Source of the DNA: the human T2T-CHM13v2.0 reference genome, Homo sapiens
Length of the DNA stretch: 64,000 nucleotides
Assembly: GCF_009914755.1 (NCBI RefSeq)
Contig: NC_060929.1
Direction: 5' to 3' (one strand)
Part shown: piece after piece, positions 25,709 to 40,371 of the stretch
How positions within the stretch are numbered: position 1 is the first letter of the stretch
Layout of the letters: each line of letters opens with the position of its first letter
Program-made: the position numbers and the translations under genes
Notes under the pieces: generated by a model
The model's database searches: none
What the model was told of the DNA's origin: nothing
What the model saw: the letters and a program-made list of their open reading frames with translations, nothing else

Positions 25709-25756
25709 ATTTCTACAGTGCTTCCAGCCAGTGCTACTGTTCACCATTATTTACAC

Positions 25757-25900
25757 TAGCAGCTCTTAAACATGACCACACATCACAATTATCCTGGGAG
25801 CTTCTCTAACATACAGATTCCCAAGCAGCTCCCCACAGAGACTGAATCGGGAGGTCTTGGGTGAGGCTGGGACCTTTCTACCCTTAGTAAACAAACAATC
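25757..25900. mobile_element. MER5-family hAT relic
   Basis: cacatcacaattatcctgggagcttctctaacatacagattcc...gagactgaatc...aggtcttgggtgaggc. Confidence 0.5.
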
Positions 25901-27135
25901 CAGATGACTATAAAAGCAAAACATTCTAACCCCTGGAGAAGCTCTGCTAGAGCAGTACAGGCTGAATTCCATCTGACCAGCATGCAGTCATGCCCTCTTG
26001 CTGTTTTTCTTGGTCTATTCCTACTTTGAGGTCTTCCCAGAAAGAGCTGAAGATGTGCTGCCCAACACCATGGAGACAAGGCCCCACAACAAACAGCTGT
26101 CCTTTCCTGCCATGGCCAAACTCCAACCAACTGCCAATTCAAACACGTCCTGAAATGGCTCTCTATCCATTGACTTTCATGAGAAACTACTTGAGCTTTA
26201 TTAAGAAATAAAATACACACATACAGCAAGTTATGAAAATTTTAGAATGGTTCCTCTTTTTTATGGACAGTCTTTAGTTTCTAATCCAACAATAAAATGA
26301 TTCCTTAAAATGAAATTTTAACCCATTTCTTTCCTTCTTTCTCTCTCTCCCCCTCCCCATCCCACACACACTCATACAATGATCTGTGGGCTTTTTGTTA
26401 AATTAGTGATTCTCAATGGAGGTCCAACCCTTCCAGAAGAACAAATCAATGTCTCCAGGAAGCCATGTAATTTTTCTGTTTGTGAAAATGAACCAAGTGT
26501 TTTCAAAGGGAAAGAAACACTGCCAGCCTCATCTTTGATTCATCCAGAATATGGATGGGAGAAAATTATAGCAATCAATCAACTTGAATTTCATGTTTTA
26601 CAAATGGTATAGTGTGATCAGAAATAAGCCAAAATTTATAAGTAATTGGCATAGAAGAATTAATAAAATAAGTAAAATTAGAGAAATGCTATCAGGTAAA
26701 AATCCCTCCTTAACAGTAGAGAAGCAGATTATGAGAATCCAGTCATCACTCTGGATATTATCATCACAGGCAAAAATCAGCTAAGTCAGCTGTTGACAGA
26801 GCAGAGGAAGTTAAAAAAACTCTACTCCTCTGGCACTGTTTTGAAGTTCAGCGATACTCAGCTTGGTAAGGCATTCAGTGCACTGATTGTTGCTTCCCCT
26901 GGAAGCAGTCAGTGCCTGTCTCCTGTGTTATTCCCACAGATCTCAGGGATGGGGCCATTACAAGACAGTCCCTCTGATCTTGGCTGCCAAAAACTCAACA
27001 TAGCGTGATAGTGGTGCCTCCTCGCCAAGAGAGAAAATCAGTGCTAAACATGGTACCCAAATTTCCACTCATCATACTGTGGTGGCATTAGAGGATATGG
27101 AGCTATAAAAGCTAAAAAATAAAAAAGCAAGGCCA

Positions 27136-27468
<333 letters not shown>

Positions 27469-27956
27469 TTATTAAATGCACCCGCTTGCTTCCTGAAATA
27501 TGCCAAGCTAAAGAAATATCTCTTCAATATATTAGTCCTTGGCATTATTTCACTAAACTATTTCATTAAACTAACACCTCATTCCTCTTGCTCTATTGTT
27601 CTTTTCACTATGCTTTAGATCATTTTCCTAAGTTAGTTTAAAAGTGAGACTAAATGCTCACCCTCCATAAGTCAAGACTTCCTTAAAACATAAGACATAA
27701 CATACATATTATTCCACTTGTATAAGCATAAATTTGACATGAAATAGCTTGAAACAAAGTTTGGAAGGATGTGCATGGTGACATTCCCATTGGTTCATTT
27801 AAGATGGTCCAAGATTTCTGTTCCTGTTACTTACCTCTTTTCTACTAGAAACATTAATTATTTATTATTTGTATGCTCGTCAAGCTTTTAAAAAAAGAGT
27901 GGGAAATATTGAAGTTACTTACCAATGGAAGCTATCAATATCTGATATTATAATTA

Positions 27957-28367
27957 CAGAAGCTCCTCAACTTACAGTGGGATTATGTCCTAATAAACCC
28001 ATTGTAAGTTGAAATATCATTAATTCAAAAATGCATTTAATATACCTATCCTACCAAGAATCATAGCTTAGCCTAGCCTACCTAAACATGCTCCAAACTC
28101 ACATTAGCCTACAGTTGGGCAAAATCATCTAACACAAAACCTACTTTATAATAAAGTACTGAATATCTCTTGTAATTTTAAATGCTGCAGTGAAAGTGAA
28201 AAAAAAAAAAAGAAAAGGAAGAGCAAAATCAACTGCACCGAACAATGAAGGGACAGAGTAATTCAACAGGAAGGGAACAGTTTCTACTGAATGCATGTAA
28301 TTTCACACCATCATAAAAATAGTTGAAAAATTCTAAGTCGAACCATCATGAGTTGGGAACTGACTGT
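27957..28367 (+). mobile_element. MER47A (TcMar-Tigger MITE) with an internal foreign insert at 28210-28277
   Basis: cagaagctcctcaacttac...aataaacccattgtaagttgaaa...tagcttagcctagcctacc...aagtcgaaccatcatgagttgggaactgactg, flanked by TA. Confidence 0.85.
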
Positions 28368-29220
28368 ATTTCGAAACTCTAGGAACAAATGGCTAACATT
28401 AGACTTCTGACTATATCATTTCTTTTGCTATTGTTATCCATTGTTTGGGTGATCTGCCATTGCCAAAATGCATCTACTAGGTTGAATGGAAGTATTTGTC
28501 CACAATCTTATTTTAAAACATAGGAACGAGATGGTCATAAATGAGAGGTTACTTACCCTCCTGAAACAGCCACTAATTCCACAAATTGGCTGCTTGTTGT
28601 TCAAGACAGAGACCCTCACGGATAAAGTAAATAAGGATTTATCCTATCAATGAATTGAAAGATGCATTCATTTAAAAATTACTTGATATCACAATTGGCA
28701 TTTCAATTTTATAGTTCTTCTTGCTCTCACTTTTCTTAGAGATTGTACAACAGGAGGCAGATACCAAATATGTTCCCTAAGAAAATTTAGAATGGCTCTA
28801 TTAATCTCTCTCTGACTTCAAGACAATGTTTAAAAATAAATGTCTGGCTTAACATTTTACAAATGCATCTTTTTAAACATTAATATTTTTTCTGTGCACC
28901 ACAAGAGAGAAATTTTGTATTGAATCTAAGTCAGGAGCAATTCAATGAGATTGAAATCACCCAAGACAGCCTCCATCTCTTTATCTCCATCACTTGGAAG
29001 ATTTCTTGATTACACTTTGGAGCTCATTATCAACTAGGATTGTCTCATTTTCAAGATCTGCCAGTCTCAAATTTTTCAACATTTCCTACTCTTTCCCTCC
29101 TGTTGAATTTATCCTGCCCCTTCGTTGTTCTCAGTAGTTGATTTTGCCCTTACTTTTCTTTGTTCTTCCAGTCTTCTTAAACTGGGATACAAATTCCCAG
29201 CCCACCCCCACCCAGTATAG

Positions 29221-29653
<433 letters not shown>

Positions 29654-29942
29654 CTGGAATTTTAAATATTTTAAAGTTAAAACTTAAGACTTGAGAATTT
29701 TCCAACTTCTAAGAGGCTACTTGGAGCCCCAGAAATGTGCTTTCCTTCTTCTCTGTCATTATGGATATTTCACAGGAACCTTGTTCAGCCTCCTCTTGCC
29801 TTCACAGCCTATGGTCAACCATCTCCAACTGAATTCTCTCTGAACTCTGAGATTTCCTAGTATTCTTAACCTTTCACTAAAAGCCATGCTTACACTGGCC
29901 CAATCCATTTCTTCTGCCTTAATTCTGGGGTGTCACATTTTC

Positions 29943-30755
<813 letters not shown>

Positions 30756-30932
30756 ACATCCTAACTTTTCAAGCCCTTTCAGATTCTCAAATATACTTCT
30801 AACTTTCTCAACAAACAGCTTCATTGCCCACTCAACAAAAATTGAGGCAATTCTAGGTGAATTATCTCAATTTTTCCTTCCTTCATATGAAATGTCATAG
30901 GTCATCACACACAGTCTCTTTCTTGCCTTCAG

Positions 30933-31146
30933 TTTTTTTTTTTAAGAGTCAGGGTTACTTTTTAAGTAGCTGGAAGTATAAACATGTGCCACCATGTCTG
31001 GCTAACTTTTTTTTCCTTTTTGCAAAGATGGGGATCTTACTATGTTGCCCAGGCTGATCTTGAACTCCTGGACTCAAGCAATCCTCCTACTTCAGCCTCC
31101 AAAATTGCTGGGACTACAGGCATGAGCCACCCACTGTGCCCAGCCT
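30933..31146 (-). mobile_element. Internally deleted AluJ fragment
   Basis: T tract, partial right arm, then ctatgttgcccaggctgatcttgaactcctggactcaagcaatcctcc. Confidence 0.8.
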
Positions 31147-31800
31147 TCCCTCCAATCTTGAAGCAGTGTCTCTATTTCTTCCTGAGACCAATCCCTCCAG
31201 CCATGCTCCTGATTCTATCCCTGCCAGCTCTCTCCATCGTCCCCACCATTTCCTGCATCTTCAAGCCTTTGCCTTTACCTCCTGGATGACCAAGACAATT
31301 GCCTCTTTTGGAGACAGATCATTTCTTTACCCTGTTTCTTTCAAAGTTTTCCTTCCTTTTATTGCCAATCTGCTTAAGGGAATAGCACACATTTATAAAA
31401 TCCACGTCTTTCTTCCCATTCTTCCTGAGCCCCATAAATAAGCATCTGTCCTCACCAAGCCAATGAACCATTCTCACTATGGTCACTAAGAAACCCACTC
31501 ATCACTATCCCAGGTCTCTGCTCTGAATTTGTCTGCCTTGTTTGTGTAAAGAATGGCCAAGTCCTTCTTAAGCCCTTACTTTTCTTCCTTTCCTTCACTC
31601 CACCCCCTCCTGTTCTGTCTCCTACCTCTCTGACTGCTCCTACCCAGTCTCAGTCACCAGCTCCCCTTCATCTTCATACCCCATAGGCAACATTCTCCAA
31701 CACTCAGCTTTTTCTTCTACAGCTTCTCTCTTAGTGACTGCATACATCACATGTCTTCAATGATCATCTCCATGTAGAGGGCTTTCAACTCCAGAGCCTC

Positions 31801-34217
31801 CAGCCCTTATCTGTTTTATTGCACTTTGCTTTATTGCACTTTGCGGATACTGTGTTTTGTTACACATCACAGGTTTGTGGCAACCCTGGTTGAGCAAGTC
31901 TATCAGCACCATTTTTCCAACAATGTGTGCTCATTTCATGTCTCTGTCACATTTTGGTAATTCTTATAATATTTAAAATTTTTCATTGTTATTATATTTG
32001 TTAGGGTGATATGTGATCAGTGATCTCAGATGCTACTGTTGTAATTGTTTTGGTATGCCACAAACCATGCCCATATAGGACGGCGAACTTAATCAATGAA
32101 TAATGTGTATTCTCTAACTGCTTCACTGACTGGCTTTTCCCAGAAATCTCTCCTCTCCTCAGGTCTCCTTCTCCCTGAGACACAACAATATTAAAAGTTA
32201 GGCCAATTAATAACCCTACAATTTCCTTGAAGTGTTGAAGTGAAATAAACAGTTACATATCTCACTTTAAATCAAAAGCTCGGAATGAATAAGCTTAGTG
32301 AGGAGGGCAGGTTAAAAGCCAAGAACAGCCAAAAGCTCCTGTGCAAGTTAGCCAAGGTGTGAATGTAAGAGAAAAGTTCTGAAAGAAATTAAAAGTGCTA
32401 CTCCAGTGAATACATGAATGATAAGAAAGCAAAACAGCCTTATTGCTCATATAGGGAAAGTTTGGGCGGTCTGAATAGAAGATCAAACCAGTGACAACAT
32501 TTCCTTAAACCACAGCTTAATCCAGAGCAAGGCCCTAACTCTTCAATTCTACAAGGGCTGAGAGAGGTAAGGAAGATGTAGAAGAAAAGTTTGAAGCTAA
32601 CAGAGATTGATTCATGAAGTTTAATAAAATAAACTGTTTCCATAACAGAAAAGTACAAGGTGAAGCAGCAAATGCTGAGGAAGAAGTTGCAGCAGGTGAA
32701 CTGGATAATATAGCTAAGATAACAAATGAAGGTAGCTACACTGAACAACAGATTTTCAATGAAGGTAGCTACACTAAACAACAGATCTTCAATCTAGACA
32801 AAACAGTCTTATATTGGAAGATGCCACCTAGGACTTGCATTGCTAAAGAGAAGTCAATTCCTAGTTTCAAAGCCTCAAAAGACAGGCTAACTCTCTTGTT
32901 AAGGACCAATACAGGTGGTAGCTTTAAATTGAAGCCAATTCTCATTTACAATTCCAAAAATCCTTAAGCCCTTAAGAATTACGCTATATCAACTCTGCCT
33001 GTGCTCCATAAATAGAGCCACAAGGACTAGATGACAGCACATCTGTTTAATTATGGTTTACCGAATTTTTTAAGCCTTCTGTTGAGATCTACTGCTCCAA
33101 AAAAAAAAGATTCCTTTCAAAATATTACTGCTCATTGACAATGCACCTAGTCACTCAAGAGATCTGATGAAGAACTACGAGGAGATTAACATTGTTTTCA
33201 TGCCTTTAACAAAATATTCATTCTGCAGTTCATAGATCAAGGAGTAATTTTGACTTTCAAGGCTTATTATTTAAGAAATATATTTTTGTAAGGCTGTAGC
33301 TGCCATAAACAGTGATTCCTCTAATGGATATGAGCAATGTCAGTTGAAAGCCTTCTGGAAAGAATTCACCATTCTAGATGCCATTAAAAACATTCATGAC
33401 TCATGGGAGGAGGCCAAAATGCCAATATTAACAGAAGTTTGGAAGAAGTGATTCCACTTCTCATGGATGGCTTTGAGTGGTTCAAGATTTTAGGGGAGGA
33501 AGTCACTGCAGATGTGGTGGAAATAGCAAGAGAACTAGAATTAGAAGTGGAGCCTGAAGATGTGATTGAATTTCTGCAATCCCATGATAAAATTTGAAGA
33601 TTTGAGGAGCTGCTTCTTACACATAAGCCAAGAAAGTGGTTTCCTGAGATGGAATCTACTCCTGGTGAAGATGCTGTGAACATTGTGGAAGTAACAACTA
33701 AGGATTTAGAATATTACATTAACTTAGTTGATAAAAAGCAGCAACTGGGTTTGAGAGGACTGACAGCAATTTTGAAAAGTTCTGTGAATAAAATGCTATC
33801 AAACAGCACTGCATGTTACATAAAAATATTTCATGAAAGGAAGAGTCGATTGATGTAGCAAATTTCATTGTTGTCTTATTTCATGCAATTGTCACAACCA
33901 CCCCAACATTCAGAAACCACCATCCTGATCATTCAGCAGCCATCAATGTCAAGGCAAGACTCTCCACCAGCAAAAAAATTACAACTTGCTGCAGGCTCAG
34001 TGATCATTAGCATTTTTTAACAACCAGTATTTTTAAATTAAGGTATGTACTTTTTTTAGATATAATGCTATTTGCACACTTAATCAACTACAGTATACTA
34101 GAAATGTAACTTACATACATTGGGAAACCAAAATGTTTGCATGGCTTGCCCTATTGCAATATTCACTTTATTGCAGTGGTCTGAAACTGAACCCACAATA
34201 CTCCCAAAGTATGCCTA
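31801..34217 (+). mobile_element. Near full-length Tigger1 DNA transposon with a disrupted pogo-like transposase
   Basis: 5' gttttattgcactttgctttattgc; transposase fragments (KVQGEAANA...QQIFN.DKT.LYWKMPPRT...FKASKDRLTLLL; EEVTADVVEIARELELEVEPEDV); 3' ctttattgcagtggtctg...aagtatgcct; about 2.4 kb. Confidence 0.95.
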
Positions 34218-34444
34218 TGCTGAGACACTAGCCCATTACTATGGCCTATTAGGTATCCCCATGTAGCGAGCCCGGGGATAGTCTGGTAGGTGGAACAGAA
34301 TGAGCATTTTTACCGATAGTTATATGGTTTTGGGCAAACCATGTAACACCTGAGTCCCAATTAGCAATAATAATAATAGTACCTTCCTCACAGATTTGCT
34401 GGTGAGGATTCAGTAATATGGGAAAATAAGTTTATTTATATTGA

Positions 34445-34715
34445 TTCAGCAAACACATACAGTGCTTACTATATGTCAGAATGGCTTATAATACTTTATA
34501 AATAATAACACTTTACAAATAATAACTAATCTAATCTTCACAATGATCCTGTGAGGGAAACGATGTTAAAATTCCCATTTCACAGATAAGAAAACTGAGG
34601 CACAGCCAACTTAGGTCATTTTTCCCAGGTCACACAGCTAATAAGCAGCAAAGCCTGATTCCAACCCAGACAGTCTAGCACCGGAGTTCCTACTCTTGAT
34701 CACTGCCATAAGCTG
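34445..34715 (-). mobile_element. MIR
   Basis: cccatttcacagataagaaaactgaggcacag...cccaggtcacacagctaataag...ccaacccagacagtct. Confidence 0.8.
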
Positions 34716-35005
34716 CCTCCAATCATACTGCCTTTCTGCCTTTGAAAGCACTATAGAAATCTAATTATTATTATTAAATGAAAAATCTGAAACATAAGCA
34801 CACCCTTGCACTTCGATTCTCTTTCCTGAGATCCTTGTTGGTTAAGGACATCAATCCTGTAAACTACAACCTCATTACCAGCTTTACTCCCTCTCTTACC
34901 CTAAAGCCCATTGTTGCCAAATCTTATTGTGTTCAACTCTGAAATGGCTGTCTTATTCTCACTGTCAGTGCTTCCACTCAAGCCTATTTCATTGTCACCT
35001 AGGCT

Positions 35006-35341
35006 ACAAATGGTCTCTGACTTAGGATGGTTCAACTTAGGATTTTTCAACTTTGTGATGCTGCAAAAGTAAACACATTTGGTAGAAACCATATTTTGGA
35101 TACTTTTTTCACTTTCAGTACAGTATTCAATAAATTACATGAAATATTTATGTAATTTACTTTATTACATGATTTACATTAGGTGATTTTCCCCAACTGC
35201 AAGCTAATGTAAGTGCTCTGAACACATTCGAGGTAGGCTAGGCTAAGCTATGACATTTGATAGGTTAGGCATATTAAATGCATTTTCAACTTATGATTAG
35301 TTTATTGGGACATAACCCTATCATAAGCTGAGGAGCATCTG
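35006..35341 (-). mobile_element. MER47A, inverted relative to the 27957 copy
   Basis: gaggtaggctaggctaagctatg...attaaatgcattttcaacttatgat...taagctgaggagcatctg. Confidence 0.85.
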
Positions 35342-35628
35342 AAGAAAGACAGACAGACAGAAGGAAGGAAGGAAGGAAGGAGGGAGGGAGAGACAGAGAG
35401 AGAGAGATGAAAGAAAGAAAGAAAGAGAGAGAGAGAAAGAAAGGAAGGAAGGAAGGAAGGAAGGAAGGAAGGAAGGAAGGAAGGAAGGAAGGAAAAAGAA
35501 AGAAAAAAGAAAGAAAGAAAAGAAAGAGAAAGAAAGAAGGAAAGAAGGAAGGAAGGAAAGGAAGGAAGGAAGGGAAGGAAGGGAGGCAGAGAAGCAAGGG
35601 AGGAAGGAAGAAAGAAAGGGAGAAAGAG
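35342..35628. repeat. Purine-rich compound microsatellite containing (GGAA)13 at 35443-35494
   Basis: Direct count of consecutive GGAA units; flanked by GACA, GA and GAAA runs and more GGAA. Confidence 0.95.
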
Positions 35629-35631
35629 ACC

Positions 35632-35915
35632 TCCTATATTTTGGGACAACTGGTGAAATTTGAATAAAGTTTGGAGATCAGACTTCAGATATTAGATATT
35701 ACCACATAGGGGTAATGGGGTATGATGTCTGCAACTTACTTTCAAATGGTTTAGAAAAGTGCTCTTAATAATATGTATATGTTAAAGAACAAGAGAATGA
35801 TAAAGTAAATGTGGCAAAATGTTAACAATTGGTAAATTCAGATGAAGAATATCCTAAAACTTTTTGACAATTCTTGCAACTTCCTCTAAATTAAAATTAT
35901 TTCAAAAAGTTTTTT
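35632..35915 (+). mobile_element. Ancient L1M 3' UTR fragment
   Basis: ttttgggacaactggtgaaatttgaata...atgatgtctgcaacttactttcaaatggtt...aatgtggcaaaatgttaacaattggt. Confidence 0.6.
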
Positions 35916-36394
35916 TAAGCTAACAAATCTTGCTGCCCTGGCACACACAGAGCTGATGATGGCCTTCCCCTGCCACTCCACTCCTCAGATCCTCTCACCA
36001 AAGTGTCAATGGCTCCCCATGCCAACCCAAAAAGTCCAAAGAGCTCATCTGGCATGCAAACCATACTACCATATGCTTTCACCTCTGTCATTCCAATTTC
36101 ATGGTGTTCTTCCCAACACTATGCACTCTACACCCTCCCCACTGTTTGATGTACCATGCCCCCTGACCCCACCCCAGCCCCCGCCCGCCGCATTATTCTG
36201 CTTCAAAGCCTTTGAAGAGGCTACTTCCTTTACCTAGAGTAAAACAACCTTTTTTTCCTAAAGATAAGCATCAGTCACATCCTTGCCTCAAGGCCTAATT
36301 TGAATCCTATTCTTTCCAAGTCATCACTCAGATCCACCCAGTTGGAATTTTTTTATCTTCCCAAGGCAGGTGTTGACCTCTGTGTCTGGCTTAC

Positions 36395-36413
36395 TGTCTC
36401 AGTCCCTTTGAGC

Positions 36414-36463
<50 letters not shown>

Positions 36464-36787
36464 CAAAAACCTTAGACTGGGCAATTTATAAACAACAGAA
36501 ATTTATTGCTTATAGTTCTGAGAGCTGTGAAGTTCAAAATCAAGGCACCAGCAGATTAAATGTCTGGTGAGGGCTCATACCTTATAGACAGCACCTTCTA
36601 TGTGTCCTCACATGATGGAAGGGGCAAACAGGCTCCCTCAAGACTCTTTATAAGGGCACTAATTCATTCATGGAGAGAGAGCCCTCACAACCTAATCACC
36701 TCCCAAACCCCCTCTTAATACCACCACTTTGGTGATTAGGTTTCAGCATATGAATTTGAGAGGGATACAAAAATTCAGACTATAGCA
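36395..36787 (-). mobile_element. MLT1A-type MaLR solo LTR with an internal (TA)n expansion (36418-36462)
   Basis: tagactgggcaatttataaacaacagaaatttattgct...atcaaggcaccagcagatt...tttcagcatatgaatttg...attcagactatagca. Confidence 0.85.
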
Positions 36788-38689
36788 CTTACCTCCACTC
36801 CTTATACTGGAAATTTCATTGATGTGTCCTTCACCCACCAAATTAGGAGTTTGCAGAGGCTGGTAAAAATGTGGTTTTCATCTTTATAACCCTTGTCCCT
36901 TTTTAAATAATTTAAAAAACGTGTGCTGCCAGGGCTGATCAGCAGATTCAAGGCAACAGGGGAAGTCGCAGTTCTGGCAATGAGCTTCACTAAACATGCG
37001 AAGTCATTCAGACACACTTTCCACTCTCCACAGCTCCCAGCTCTGCAAGGAAAGGCAGAGAGGAGAGACATCCTCCACAGGCTCACCTTACCCCCAACAA
37101 TGTTCCTGTATGGAGCTCCTCCCCTTTCCAGAAGCCCCTTCATTCAGTCAGGTCAGTTTGTCACACCCTGCCTCAGACCTTCCAGCAAGCTCTGTGCAGC
37201 TGCTGCTGGCAGCGAAAGGATGTGTGTGAAGCTGCTCTAGCTGCAGGTTAGAGCTTCTCCAGGACTCTAAATGCTTGAATGGCTTTATTTTCAATACTTT
37301 ACCTTTTTTTAAGAAAAAATAAATTTAAGCCTTTTGAAAAAACTTATGTAAAAGAGTCTTTTTTTAACTCCTTAGAAAGTTCTAGATAGAAAACAAAATA
37401 AGGGTGCTCAAAAGGAATAGAAATTCAATTGTTTGCTTTCTAGGTCTTCTCCCCCCTAATGTTATGCTCCCTAAGCACCCTGTCTTTCTTTCTTCTAGTG
37501 CCCATAGGTTTTGTTCAAATCAAGGCTCAGTTTCTTCTTCCATCTCTTCCTTCTACTGACAGAGACTAAGGCTCAAGGGCAATTAAGTCACTTGGCCAAG
37601 GTTATGTTGCCCTAAAGTGGCTCTAGGCTTGTTAGTGGGTTTATACATCCTACAACTGGAGCTTAGGATCAAACACTGAGATTTGGGGATTGCACATGTA
37701 GTTATAGCCAGAAGAGCCAGGTCCTTCAAGGAGAATAAGGAGAAAAATATAAGGCCAAGGTCTGGACATTGGGAAACCTGCACTTAGGGGACACAGGAAG
37801 TCATCCTATGACGAAAATGGCTTTCCATTAAACTCCAAGAGATTACTTCCTAAACCTCATTCTATAATAAGGAAAACAAAATATACCACTCTTGAGTAAG
37901 ATCTAAATACAAGAACCATTCTTTTTCCTTTCATTCATTTAGCAAGTATTGATTAATGTCTATTATATACTAGAAATGTTTCTATGTTCTAAGGAGACAG
38001 TAGTGTACAAAACAGACTAAGTTCCTGTTTGCAGAGAATTTACCAGAGCTAATCTTGTAATATCTGAAAAATCAGAGACTTCCTAAAACAAGCTATTTAT
38101 TCTCTATGAACTTCACTTCTCTCATCTGTTAAATGAAAAAAAAAAAAAAAAAAAGACAATTACCACCCGCATCACATAGCGTTGCAGGGAAAGCTGAGTG
38201 AAATGTCATATAGAAGGTGCCTAACATAGAGTGACATTCAGTAGATAATCAATAAGGGGTAATAACTAAATCTGATTACATACTTACCAGAGTTATCCTT
38301 CACTATCCCTCAGGACTCAATCTAACAAATAATCCTGTCAGCATGTTCTAAATCCAATCATTCAGATATAACCCTAGAGATTTTTGCTATTTCTGCATTC
38401 AAGTCTGCACTACACTCAATACTTTTTCCTCATTCCAAGTAATAACTGTAAAATCATAGTTTTCACATGCAAGTTTTATATATTTCTAATCCACATTAAA
38501 ATCATCAGTAACTATTAAAATTTAAAAGTTCATGCATGTGACATAGCACCTAAAAGTAACTGAGATGTCACCGGAAGTCTGTTGGGTCTACTTTGGGAGA
38601 TACTTCTCCACAGGCTCGACTTGGCAGAACTGATCACAGTATCTAAATTTGGCTTCTTTAAATGAAACACATTTTGGAGAGCTCCACAG

Positions 38690-39330
38690 TCTGCCATCCT
38701 CTCACAATCTCCACTGTTACTCTCCTAACACAGCCCCTGCCATGACTGTCATAGCCTCCCAACTTCCACCCTTGCTCCCTATAGCCTGTGCCCCACGCAG
38801 CAGCCAGAATCAGACCATGTCTCTCCCCTGCCCCAAATCCACCAATGGATTGCCATGGCACTTAGAAAGAATGTAACGAGCTTACTGTTGTCTACAAAGG
38901 CCTTGCGTGATCTGGTCCCTTGTTGTCTCCCCCACCTCATTTCCTACCCTTCTTTCCATTGGAAGTACAGCTGCTGCAGCACCAAACGTCATTCAGACAG
39001 CCTTGCATCCACTAATGCCCCTGCGTGCAGCACACTTTGCCCAGATTGTCATGGCTCACTCCCTCACTTCAGAAGCCTTCCCTCAACACTAATCAAAAAA
39101 AGCACCTCCGCCATCATTCCCTTTCTGCTCACCTTGCTTTATTTTCTCAATAACCCTTATCACGGCCAAGCATTAAATTATGTATTCACACATTTGTTTA
39201 ATGTCTGTCAATCCCCATTAGATTATAAACTCTAGGATGGCCTCCATTTTGTCTACTTTTACACTAGTATATTACTAATGCCTGAAATAGTATGGAAGTC
39301 ACTCAACAAATATATATTTGTTGGTTGAAG
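38690..39330 (+). mobile_element. L2 relic including the 3' end
   Basis: ccccacgcagcagccaga...caaggccttgcgtgatctgg...attagattataaactct...actcaacaaatatatatttgttggttgaa. Confidence 0.7.
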
Positions 39331-39865
39331 GTATGTGTGACTGGGCAAAGTGGATAACCAGTATTCTTTAAAATACGTCCAGTTTGAAGTTCCTCTATGA
39401 CATGTAGAATAGGCAGGAAGAAATGCAAACCTGGAGTTAAGGAGAGAGGAAATCAAACAGCAAGAACATATGAAAGCATGATCAAAACCCCACGGACTCA
39501 CCCAGCAAATGCTATAGTAATAGCGGCTCCAAAATACAGAAATTGATTAGAGGCAGAATAGAGCTCAGGGATAGATATGAATAAAACTGAAAAAGAACCA
39601 ACTTCATTATTCAACAGTTTGTGGCTTAAACTCAATTTGCTTTAAAAAGGAGGAGTTAGGGGAGAAGTGTGTAAGTAAATAAGCAAAATTTTAATTTTAG
39701 CCTGTAATAACAACTTACTCCCTGACCAAGCTTTAAAAACAGTGCTGAAAAGTAACCAGGTAAGTTGAGATTTTTCTGTTTGTTTGGTTTGATTTTACAC
39801 AGTATGTAAAAGTTAAATTTCCAAAAGGGAGGCTGTTAAGATGGAGGAAAAAAGGTGAAATGACT

Positions 39866-40371
39866 TCTGGTAGACTGAGTGTATTAATGGCCCAACTCAT
39901 GGCCTTCCTATGTATGCACACTTTGACTCATAACTTTACAATCCTCCACTCGGACTCGGAGTTCCACCACAAACTGCTTTGGCCAGTGGGGTGTTAGCAA
40001 ATGTGACACACAAAGAGACTTGAAAAGTGCATGTGTGTTGCCAACTACCATTTTACACAACTGGACTTGCCCATGCTTCGACCCCAGACACCACTGTGAA
40101 AACATCCCTGAGCTAGCCTGTTGGAGGGATATGAGAGACATGGGAAGGAGCATTGACTTTACCAAGGAAGGTCATCTTGGCTTGCCAGCTAACTCCTAAT
40201 GCATGAGTAAGGCTTGCTAAAATAATCAGAATCTGCTTAGATAACCAGAACTCCCCAGCCAACTGGTAGACTCATGAAAATCTTCCATGATTATCCTTTT
40301 AATCATTTATCCATTTAATCCAAAACTATGTTTTGGAACTGTTTGTTACACAACAATAGCTAACTGATACA
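39866..40371 (+). mobile_element. MLT1H-like MaLR solo LTR
   Basis: actgctttggccagtggggtgttagcaaatgtgacaca...gagacttgaaaagtgcatgtg...tgtttgttacacaacaatagctaactgataca. Confidence 0.7.

Noticed and set aside
32614-33858. Transposase-like ORFs as a domesticated TIGD gene
   Set aside because: Multiple stops and frameshifts within an ordinary Tigger1 copy.
34493-34526. 17-bp tandem repeat acttta(t/c)aaataataac
   Set aside because: Ordinary slippage duplication inside a MIR.
35286-35667. Ser/Phe/Leu-rich and Lys/Arg/Glu-rich ORFs
   Set aside because: Translations of the GGAA/GAAA microsatellite.
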